64,000 nucleotides of DNA. Origin: Eledone cirrhosa (Eukaryota). Made by a program: the position numbers and the translations under genes. Positions 41,429 to 51,279 of the stretch are shown piece after piece. The stretch is taken from the NCBI GenBank assembly GCA_964016885.1, contig OZ024743.1:163432001-163496000 (forward strand), read 5' to 3'. Each line of letters starts with the position of its first letter. Within the stretch, counting starts at the first letter, position 1. A model generated the notes under the pieces. That model saw nothing but the letters and a program-made list of their open reading frames with translations. It did no database searches and had not been told where the DNA came from.

Positions 41429-42867
41429 GCAAACATGGAAGCAAGGCCTAGAAACAAGGGGTCTTAAAGTCAACCTGACAAAGACTAAGGTCTTAGTAAG
41501 TAGTAGAGAAAGCAGAACCCAGATCCCCTAAGGAAAATGGCCTTGCTCAGTATGTATGTAGAAATTCCATTCTCTGCTCCACATGCAAACTATGGGTACA
41601 AAAGAGATGTAGCGGGATCTCAGAAAGTTTACCTAAGAATGTAGACTAGCGGTTGCACTGAGACAGTAAGCAGCAAACAACCACAGGAATCAAGTGCTAT
41701 CAAAATCTGGGAAGGCTTGGTAGAAACAGTTGACAGCTTCTGCTACCTAGGTGACCAAATAGTAGCCAGAGTAAGAACAGGATGGAAGAAGTTCAGGGAG
41801 CTACTACTACTGCTAGCTACAAAAGGTTTTCACTCAAAATGAAAAGCTGACTGTATGATGCATGCATATGAACTGCAATGTTGCATGGTAATGAGACCTC
41901 GGCGCTGTGTGCAGAAAACGTGCATAGATTGGAAAGAAATGAAGCTTGCGTGCTCCAATGGATGTGTAATAGTAATGTAGGTGAAACTAGGCATAAGAGG
42001 AATCAGATGCAGTGTGCAGGAGAGGAGATTGCATTGACATGTGATGCGTATGAAAGATGACAGCTATATAAAAAGGTGCAAAGTGCTCAGAGTTGATGGA
42101 AACCATGGAGTGGGGAAACCCAGGAAGACTTGGGACAAGGTGATAAAAGCTGACCTTGCCCAGTTGCACCTCTCAAAGGTGATGACACAGGACCGAGATC
42201 TCTGGAATTATGTAATATTACAGAAGACCAGACTTCCCACGAGCAGAGGCTGAGACTGAAGCATATACATAGTATGCACCATCTCAACCCACCTGTTCCA
42301 ATACATCTCCAATGAGGACAGGCTGTAGCATATATCCAGTGAAGCCTCTATCCCACACAGTAAAGTCGTCGTGACGGCAACATGACAAAAAGCACCCAGC
42401 CCACACTGTATAGTGATCATGATGGCAACACAGCATAAAGGACCCAGCCCACACAGTAAAGTGGCTGTGTAGCTGTCATGGCAAAAAGCACTCAGTGCAC
42501 ACTGTAAAGTGGTCATGACGGCGACATGACAAAAAGCGCCCAGCCCAAACTGTAAAGTGGTCGTGATGGTAACACAGCAAATACCACCCAATTCATTCTG
42601 TAAAGTGGCAACATGGCAAAAAGCACTCAGTCCACACTGTAAAGTGACCGTGTAGCTGTCATGGCAAAAAGCACCCAGGCGTAACAACGAAAAGCACCAG
42701 CACTCACTGTAAATGAGTTTGGCACTAGGTTGGGCATCCAGCTGTAGAAACCAAGCCAACATAGGTTCTATACATAGGTTCACCTGACCTGGTATTGCTC
42801 ACAACAGGATAACTCATCTAACCCATGCCAGCATGGAAAATGGTCATTAAACAGAGATGATGATGAT
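41428..42867 (+). mobile_element. 5'-truncated RTEX-like LINE with expanded 3'UTR minisatellite
   Basis: Colinear with 12215-13508; (GAT)n tail. Confidence 0.88.
42350..42715. repeat. Degenerate tandem array of about 48-bp units (7-8 units)
   Basis: The unit cacactgtaaagtggtcgtgatggcaacatgacaaaaagcacccagcc recurs at about 42352, 42401, 42449, 42497, 42545, 42593, 42632 and 42701. Confidence 0.88.
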
Positions 42868-42896
42868 ATATATGTATATATATCATGTATATATAC

Positions 42897-43495
42897 AGAT
42901 AGGGTGTGGTAAAATACCAGGTGGACCATAACCCACCAGAGTACTCGATACTTGGGGTAGTAGAGTGGGTAATATGAAGAGATTCAGGATGCCGACGGCT
43001 GAGCTCCGGCCGTTTTGACAGCAAGATCCGAGTTCTATCTATCTATATATGTATATATATATAATTTTGAATGTATATATATATATAACAAAGAACAAAG
43101 AAAGTGTGGTAAGGAACCAGGTGGACCATAATGCACCAGAGTACTCAGTACTTAGGATAGTAGGGTGGGTAATAGGAAAAGAGTCAGGACACCAATGGCT
43201 GAGCTGCGGCCATTTCGACAGCTAGTTCCAAACTAAACCAATAGTATTAGGACGGCAGGGACCTAGTTGAACTTATCAAGGGGAGTATGGATTGGAAAGC
43301 ATCCTAATACTACTGGTTTAGTTCAGATCTAGCTGTCAAAACAGCCGGAGCTCAGCCATCAGGGTCCTAACTCTTCGCCTATATATATATATACACACAC
43401 ACATATCTCTCTCTTTCTCTCTCTCTCTCTCCCTATATATATATATATATGGCTAGATCCGAGCTCAGCCGTCGGGGTCCTGATTCTCTTCATAT
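42897..43495 (-). mobile_element. Two nested copies of (TA)n-embedded hammerhead fold-back family H1
   Basis: Outer copy 42897-43036 plus 43451-43495; inner copy 43087-43382. Both are homologous to 45651-45849 and 49167-49361. Confidence 0.8.
43187..43285 (-). ncRNA. Hammerhead motif, U3:A8 variant with long stem II
   Basis: Minus strand: cccc-TTGATAA-gttcaactaggtcc...ggaactagctgtc-GAAA-tggc cgcagctca gcca-TT-ggtgt. Confidence 0.65.
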
Positions 43496-43952
43496 ATGTA
43501 ATTATATATCTATATATATATAGAGAGAGAGAGAGAAGGAATAGAAATGGCTCTGTAGTTGCTATTTAAGGTAACTTAATATGCAGTGGGAATACGAAGA
43601 AAGCAAGAACAGGAGAGGGGAGTTTTCCTCATCAGTTGTCTACTGGGGGTCTAGGATATTTCTACGCTTTAAAGACAAGATACCACTTCACCCCAGGGCG
43701 TCAATAACTGGATAACTTATTGGGAAAACGAAGGAAGGAGGGTAGGAAAGCAAAGGGGAAGAAAAGAGAAACAATAACAAAACAGCGAAAAAAAACACAA
43801 ACCGAGCAATGTGAGAGCAACTATAAGTAGGAAATCCAAGACCACTCGATAATAGAACTTAAGTTCGAGACCGAGTAATCGAGAGAAAAGACACACATCC
43901 TATCGTCGTAGTTGTAAGTGAGATGAGAACTGCTAAGCGGTCAGACGAAGGA

Positions 43953-44041
<89 letters not shown>

Positions 44042-44047
<6 letters not shown>

Positions 44048-45612
44048 ATTTAAGAATCATGAGAGAGAAGAAGAGGAGGTTTAAAGGGATAAGCGATACA
44101 TATAGTTAGTTGCCAAAAGGTTGTGCATTTGTGCCTACAGGGTTAAATATTGTAAGCGTTAATATTTAGCGTGCGAGAAGATAAGCAGAGCGGTTACAAA
44201 TGAAAGGATTACAAAGGAGAATATATACTGTCAGAACATGTTTATATAAAAGCACCTACGTACGTTTCGCCCGAAAAGGGCTTCTCAAGGGCATAGAAAA
44301 CTACAGAGTGTTCAGTACAGGACCCAGAAGGGGTTTTAAAGTGATACATACATCGAAGTTCATTCTTAGTTCAAACTTACACGTTGCAGGGGGATCTAGT
44401 TGATGGTTTTCAGGTCTCTGCCACTTATCACCCGAAGAAAGACTGCTGTATCCTGTGTCTGCAGTTTATCACCGATTTTGCTTTGCTGTTGATGAGCTCG
44501 AGGGGTGCTCTTATGATATGGTAAAGTTCCATGAGGCAGAGCTCGCATTTCCTCTTGACATTGTACGGTGCTGCCCTGCTGACAATTTCCCAGTGTGTGG
44601 AGAAGCTGATGTTGGAGTCTTTTAATGTTGTGATGTAATTGGCGAGTGACGTGGAGTGTCTTAGTTTCTTGTTTCTAAAAGAGTGGAGATGTGTTGAAAT
44701 CTAGTTTTGAACGGGCCAGAAGTGTCCCCCTATATAATGTTTAACCCTATTATGGCTAGTTATGGTGCACCTATAAATAACCTTATCTGTCAGGCAACTT
44801 CCCCTAAGCGGGCACCTTCTCCGGTCCCGACAGTTACATTTTCGGTCGCAGTCGCTCCTGGTGCTCGAACTCAAGCTATTACTATTGCTACCTATGTTAT
44901 TATCCACGCTACCGCCTCTATCTCTGTAGTTAGTACTATTATATCCTATGGCGTGTGGGGTAGTAACATTATTACTCCGCACGCCGCAGCGCCTTCTATT
45001 GCTGCCGTGTGACCCGTAGAGGTCACCAGCATATTCTCCAGCTTCGCCACAGTTATGTCGGTTGCTTCTGTTGGGGCTGCCGCCCTCACTATTGGGCACT
45101 GCAAGGGAAACATTAAGGCTATTAGGGTTACTGTCAAGTCTAGACGTATCAGTGCTAAGGTGCCGTGTTTTGGTGAAGTGACAGAGACCTGAAAACCATA
45201 AACTGGGTCCCCCTGCACCAAACCATAACACTCCGGTGGGTAGGCTGCGCAAATAAACATCTGTACACCAACTATGCATCTCAGACCCTGCCTGAATTGA
45301 CAATAGTAAAGTAGCACCCACAAATTAGTAATGGAAAACCACCATCATGTGAATGGGTAATAAGCCCTTTGGGGACAATTATTCAAACACTGGCCAGAGT
45401 TACTCCTCTTGCTCTGTGTCAATAACAACGTGTAAGTTTGAACTAAGAATGAACTTCGACGTATGTATCACTTTAAAACCCCTTCTGGGTCCTGTACTGA
45501 ACACTATGTAGTTTTCTATGCCCTTGAGAAGCCTTTTTCGGGCGAAACGTACATAGGTGCTTTTATATAAACATGTTCTGACAGTATATATTCTCCTTTG
45601 TAATCCTTTCAT
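44042..45612 (-). mobile_element. 5'-truncated Penelope-like element with inverted pLTR at its 5' end
   Basis: CNCRDRRRCPLRGSCL..VIYRC..KHYIG and CELCLMELYHI. About 44200-44386 is inverted-repeated at about 45426-45612; flanked by (TA)n. Confidence 0.9.
44252..44293 (-). ncRNA. Minimal hammerhead, U3:A8 variant (mirror copy on + at 45520-45560)
   Basis: gccc-TTGAGAA-gccc ttttc gggc-GAAA-cgtacg-TA-ggtgc; palindromic ACGTACGT stem III. Confidence 0.75.
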
Positions 45613-45619
45613 ATATATA

Positions 45620-45650
<31 letters not shown>

Positions 45651-45653
<3 letters not shown>

Positions 45654-45849
45654 GGAACCAGTAAGACCCCGACGGCTGAGCTCAAGCCGTTTCGACGGCT
45701 AATTCAGAATTCACCAGAATTAGCCGTCGAAACGGCTTGAGCTCAGCCGTCGGGGTCTTACTGGTTCCTATTACCCACTCTACTACCCTAAGTATTGAGT
45801 ACTTTGGTGCGTTATGGTCCACCTGGTTCCTTACCACATTTCCTTCGTT
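45651..45849 (+). mobile_element. Fold-back family H1 copy (3' half of hammerhead)
   Basis: Arms 45651-45705 and 45717-45771 are perfect complements; GAAA-cggc ttgagctca gccg-TC-gggg; tail to 45849; (TA)n on both sides. Confidence 0.85.
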
Positions 45850-45891
45850 ATATATATATATATATATATATTTATTAAAATAACAGATTAA

Positions 45892-45942
45892 AGTTTAAGC
45901 AAAGAATCGCTGCTTTCACCCTTAACGGGATCTTCTGAAACT
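45892..45942 (-). ncRNA. Hammerhead motif with U4A core variant at the PLE 3' end
   Basis: agttt-CAGAAGA-tccc gttaa gggt-GAAA-gca gcgattctt tgc-TT-aaact; stems I, II and III all pair; AATAAA lies downstream. Confidence 0.7.
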
Positions 45943-46067
45943 AACAAAGTCAATCTGTAAACGCAGAAGTGGATATTTCAAAAAACGTTGCAACCGGAGG
46001 AAGACAGGAAGACGATACTTTGGTTCGTGGTAACGTTCGCTGGCTAAGAACGGGAAAAAACGAATAT

Positions 46068-46226
46068 AATTGTTTCTACTTTAGGCACAAGGCCAGCAAT
46101 TACCCAGTGCATTACTGGTACTTTATTTTATCGACCTCCTAAGGATGAAAGGCAAAGTCAACCTCGGCGGGATTTGAACTCAGATCGTAAAGGGACGTAA
46201 CTATGTTGGAAAGCATGGCGTCCGAA
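46068..46226 (-). mobile_element. SINE family A copy inserted in the PLE 3'UTR
   Basis: Same core as 14372-14557; possible TSD cgaata. Confidence 0.85.
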
Positions 46227-48509
46227 TACATCATTAATAGGAGCGGTGAAAAACAATTACGCGCAAAGACAGAAGCACGTTTATGGTATAATAGAGGTCG
46301 TAGACTAATGTTCTCTTAGGTGGTGCATAGAGACGTTCTCTGGCAATGAACGAAAAAAACGAAGATAATACGTCATATGTGGAGCGTGGAGAACAATAGC
46401 ACGCAAAGACAAAACCATGTAAATGGTATAGCAGAAGTCGTAGACTAAATTCTAACTAGGAGACCGAATGAATCTCCGCTACGGAGTTAAGAACAAAGTA
46501 AATAAATACAATACAGAAGTAATAGAAGTAAATAAATACATACACGCAAACAGAAACGTACATACACAAGCATATGCAAAAACTTACCATAGGTAAACAA
46601 AACCATGCACATATAAATATGTGTGTGTGTGTAAGCGTGTATACAAATAAATAAATAATTATATAAACGTATATAAATAAATAAATACGTATATAACAAG
46701 CGCACACACGAAAGTTCGGAGACGTAAGTCAACCAAAACATGAAGTACACATATACACACGCCCTACATACTCACACAGACGCAAAACTCCCGTATACAC
46801 ATAGCCGAACCATATGTACCAGAATATATAAAAAAAATTTATACGCCATAACAATCAAATATACGTACGAGAAGGTATACGTACCTTCACAAAACATACG
46901 GATAATATATACTTATCTATGCAGATTTTTTGTTTAAGATGTGGTCTGTGGCGTAGAGTATTTCCAGGGCCTCAGCGGCGCAGAGGTCACATGGTCTTTT
47001 ATTTCCGTTATACGATCTAGCCCTAGCTAGGATCTCCCAGTGTAACTTATATTGGGTGTGGTTGTCTTTTAGACTCCAGATATAAGCTGAAAGTGACGTC
47101 ATATTCCTTCTTAGAGGGTAACGAAAAGAATGGGTATGCATGTAAAGACGCTGCTTGAATCTATTGGCGGTTAACCCTATGTAGGCCCTACGGGACGTGG
47201 GTGTTACAACCTTACATTTGTAGACAATGTTACTAGAGAGGCATTTCCCGGATAGGGGGCAATCAACCCGATTCTTACAATTACAGTTAGTACTAACTAC
47301 AGGGTTGCACGTGTTCCTACGGCTAGGTAGTTTAGCTAAATTTGAAGCTGTGATGTTATGTGCAAGGTTAGGAGTCGTAGAGTAAGAAATTTTAATAGTA
47401 TTTCTATTAAAAATTTTACTATGTTTATGTGTAGGGGGAAAATGCTTCGTAATAAGGGAAAGAAAGATCTTAGCTAATGGTGTGGCCACCTCCATATTAT
47501 ATGGTGGGTTATACCAACAAATGCGACGGGATCTATTTCTTCTAGGTCTATTTTCGTACTCTGTATGTGCTACCTTATCGACAAATCCACTTCGAGCAAG
47601 AGCTTCATTGTAATAAGTGGAATGGTCGTTGAAAATACGCTCGTTGGTGGAAAGACGGGAAAGCCTCAACGAAACGTTTCCTACCAGGTTCTTGGTTATG
47701 CTGGCAGGATGGTTGGAATGCTTACTTATGTAATTAAGCGTATCATTCGGCTTTCTATACGGGTAATACAACCCATTCAATAAGTTGAGGGTAACGTCGA
47801 GGTAATTAACGACCGAGAGATTGGCCTCAACCTGTATGGAGAGGTTGAAGCCTTTAAAGAAGGCTGTGAGTTCTTTTCTGAACCTATCGCAAGCACGAGG
47901 TCCGCACTTAGTCATGGTCAAAAGACCATCGTCACGGTACAAACCACCGCTCGCGTTGGGGAATTCGTCCTTGATAGAGAAAAGAAGGAAAAGGCCGATA
48001 AGATCAGTAACCTCCGCAGAATCACTGCGCCCATACTCACGTCGAATGGGGTACTATTGGATTTTTTAATCCAAATAGAGTCGTCGAAATTAATCACCGA
48101 CTTACGGGCATTGAGGATGACATCAACTTCGAAATCCTTAACCACTGTGAGTGTTTTAGCGAAATTGATAGCTCTAAGGAGAAATGGTAAAGTGATGGAG
48201 GAGTAGTAATTGTTGATGTCGAATTGGATAAAACGGCAATGTTCCTTGTTACATATGCCGTTGAACCAATCAATCACCGCGAAGGAATTGTTCCACAGTG
48301 CAAGAGGGGCCAAACTTCTAATTTCAGGTATAATTCTATCAAGAATCGTCTTACTAAGTCTACCTAAATCGGACTTCGTAGGGTTAATAAGCCGAATAGA
48401 GGGGTTGTTCGGAAAATTGGATTTGTGATCCTTCAGGGTAAAGTGGGGAGAAATAGGGTCCAGAGGTTCGAAACTGAGGGTGTCTCGAGAAGTACCCAAC
48501 CAGTTTTTT

Positions 48510-49063
48510 TTCAAACTTTACATGTGTATTACTTATGTTTCAGGGTGTGTTATGCACATAAAATTCAACTTTTTGATCCCCTGGGGCCCGCATTAGGTGA
48601 AAAACTGCGTTTTTTCAGGTTGTTAGGGATTTTTTTGAGGCGTTACGTCAGACCGATTTCCTTGAAATTGTATCTATGTATTAGTCAGTCTCTTCTTCAT
48701 ACCGTGAGCAAAGAAAATCCAACTTTTTTATGTCCTAGGGCCTGCATTAGGTGAAAAAGAACTTTTTTGAGGCGTTTTTAGAACTTTTTTGAGGCGTTAC
48801 GTCTAGCCGATTTTCCTGAAATTTAAGGCATATTATGCACATAAAAAAAATTCATTTTCTTGATCCTCTATGGCCCGCATTAGGTGAAAACCTGCATTTT
48901 TCCTGCTTCATCAAGGAAAATCTTAAAGATTATCCAGCCATCTGAGTATTCGGTTTATTTTCTTTACATACTGTCCAGGCATGCAGTTTTTCCATGATTA
49001 GGTATGTTGGCGGCCCGCATTCCAAAATAACTTATCCAGTGCAACGCCGGGTACCACTGCTAG
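48510..49063 (+). mobile_element. Non-autonomous Helitron-like 3' part with internal direct repeats
   Basis: Ends ccagtgcaacgccgggtaccactgCTAG|t; the block ggcccgcattaggtgaaaa occurs three times. Confidence 0.6.
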
Positions 49064-49127
49064 TATATATATATATGTGTGTGTATATATATATATATGT
49101 ATGTATATATGTATATATATATATATG

Positions 49128-49166
<39 letters not shown>

Positions 49167-49171
<5 letters not shown>

Positions 49172-49361
49172 AATGAGTAGGACCCGACAGCTGAGCTCAA
49201 GCCGTTTCGACGGCTAATTCTGAGTCCAGAACTAGCCGTCGAAACGGCTTGAGCTCAGCCGTCGGGGTCCTACTCGTTCCTATTACCCATTCTACTACCC
49301 TAAGTATTGAGTACTTTGGTGCGTTATGGTGCACCTGGTTCCTTACCACATTTCCTCCGTT
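49167..49361 (+). mobile_element. Fold-back family H1 copy
   Basis: Arms 49167-49222 and 49227-49283; tail nearly identical to 45772-45849; (TA)n on both sides. Confidence 0.85.
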
Positions 49362-49674
49362 ATATATATATATATATATATTCATCATCATCATCACTGT
49401 TGGATGTCTGTCTTTCCATGCTTGTATGAGCTAACGGGTTGTCCACATCAAGAGACAAGTCTGGCCAGCTGGTCACACTGTACCTTGCTCAGATGGAACA
49501 GTATTTTGACAACTGGATGCCCTTCCTAACACCAGCCACGTTTACAGTATGGAACTAGATAGCACCATTATGAGCAGGGTCTGGCCAGTTGGCCACACTG
49601 TACCCTGCTCGTATTGGAACCATAATTTGGTAGCTGGGTGGTCCCATTATGAGGGAGATCAGATATACATATAC

Positions 49675-49711
<37 letters not shown>

Positions 49712-49716
<5 letters not shown>

Positions 49717-50090
49717 AGATGACAGGAGGCCAGACTGGTGAAATTCCTTCAAAGGTTTATTATTGGAAACACTATGTACATTTCAGTGGCCAGGTTCCGT
49801 AAGATCTGGGTGACATCATCAGTTGTTTATTGCATAATAGTTATATAATAAAGGAATAATGGCAAACACAATCCAAGAGGCTATAAAAAAAACAGAGAAA
49901 AATGTTTTTGACTCGAAGGCGATCAAGAGGGCCAATTGTTGTCAGTTTGGTTGAGCACCTTCGCACCACCAACAAGATTCAACATCAAAGATGGATGAGC
50001 TGTATAACGTCAAGTGCTTTTCCTAATATTACATCATGATTAGCTATACGGAATGACCAGTTCTATCCAGTGGTGAACCACTAAACTTAA
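49712..50090 (-). mobile_element. Solo pLTR-like segment with a hammerhead motif at 49767-49828
   Basis: Minus strand: aaacaa-CTGATGA-...ccag..ctgg...-GAAA-tgtaca-TA-gtgttt, then aataaa; bounded by (TA)n. Proximal stem II is degenerate. Confidence 0.6.
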
Positions 50091-50122
50091 ATATATATCT
50101 TTATATATCTTTATATATATAT

Positions 50123-50164
<42 letters not shown>

Positions 50165-50169
<5 letters not shown>

Positions 50170-50588
50170 ATATTAAATAAATGGAAACTATATTTATAAA
50201 ACCATATTTATTCTATTATATATATTTCAAGGGTACCAAAACTTTGGTACACTTTCATCAGATAAAATACGAAGTATGTGTTTTATAAATTTTGACATAA
50301 CCAAGGAAAATACCTTAACGGTTCAAGTTTTCCTTGAACCGTTAAGGTATTTTTCTTGGTTATGTCAAAATTTATAAAACACACTTCGTATTTTATCTGA
50401 TGAAAGTGTACCAAAGTTTTGGTACCCTTGAAATATATATAATAGAATAAATATGGTTTTATAAATATAGTTTCCATTTATTTAATATCATTGAATATTA
50501 TACTCCAGAAAATCTGTCGAGTGCTCTGAATCAGTTATAAACATTTATATTTGTTGAATTACCAACAAATTGAATATCCCTTTTGCTT
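50165..50588 (+). mobile_element. Fold-back module (about 162-bp arms plus about 95-bp tail) with a hammerhead in each arm
   Basis: 50165-50327 is complementary to 50333-50493; (TA)n flanks. Confidence 0.9.
50392..50446 (+). ncRNA. Hammerhead ribozyme with canonical core boxes (mirror copy on - at 50212-50266)
   Basis: tttat-CTGATGA-aagtgtaccaaa g ttttggtaccctt-GAAA-tatata-TA-ataga, then AATAAA; all stems pair. Confidence 0.8.
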
Positions 50589-51279
50589 ATATATATATAT
50601 ATATATTTATTTATTAAAATAACAGATTAAAGTTTAAGCAAAGAATCGCTGCTTTCATCTTTTAATAAATATTTGCTCTATGGTTTTATATATTTTTATA
50701 TATATATTATCCTTATCAAGCCCTCTTCGGATTTTAGTCTTCACATTTATTATTATTACTATATATATATTACTCTATTACTCTATTATGTGTTGCAGCC
50801 AACAGGCTGAGGCCATGCTGGGACACTCGTTTTTTTTTATTATCATAAAAATGACTTCTACAGCACTAGAACTGTTTCATTCATAAGAAATCATCAGGAA
50901 AGTCCTGATATATATATATATGACAAACAGAAATAACAAAGCAAACGACACAGTAGAATGAAGAAATATATTATTAGTTTTGATGATACATATGTGTGTG
51001 TGTATGTTTGTATGTCTTGATAGGTAAACAGATTGGAGTAAGGTTAAAAAGAAATTGATTGATTGATAAATAGAGAGAAAGAGAAAAGAGTTTACAACTT
51101 ACATTCTGGTGTGGTCATTGTTGTATTTGTAGAAGATCCATAGTATATTAAACAAAGAGATATCTGTAGTAAATAGTACCACCAACAATAATATGATAAC
51201 ATTTTCTCAGGCCTTTTTCATTCACTGACACAATGTAGACTGGCTGCCTCTTATAAATCTACACTTGTTCCTCAACTAT

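Larger units (their letters stand above)
45872..48480 (-). mobile_element. Relatively young Penelope-like element (RT plus GIY-YIG plus long 3'UTR/pLTR)
   Basis: TLKDHK..RLINPTKSDLG, QFDINNYYSSI, FDVSMG, YRDDGL, WYNPP, CNC..CPLSGKCL..IVYKC..YIGLT, CDLC; few frameshifts. Confidence 0.93.

Noticed and set aside
42350-42715. CRISPR-like periodic array
   Set aside because: The whole unit is repeated with no unique spacers, it lies in a LINE 3'UTR, and there are no cas genes.
44200-45612. Duplicated small ORF MKGLQRRIYTV... on both strands
   Set aside because: It is the antisense reading of the inverted pLTR; there is no evidence of coding function.
46255-46455. Diverged direct repeat with about 140-bp period
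   Set aside because: It is an ordinary internal duplication in the PLE 3'UTR with no further structure seen.
45651-49361. H1 copies as LTRs of a composite element
   Set aside because: Their loops differ, TA tracts separate them from the enclosed PLE and Helitron, and other H1 copies are unlinked.
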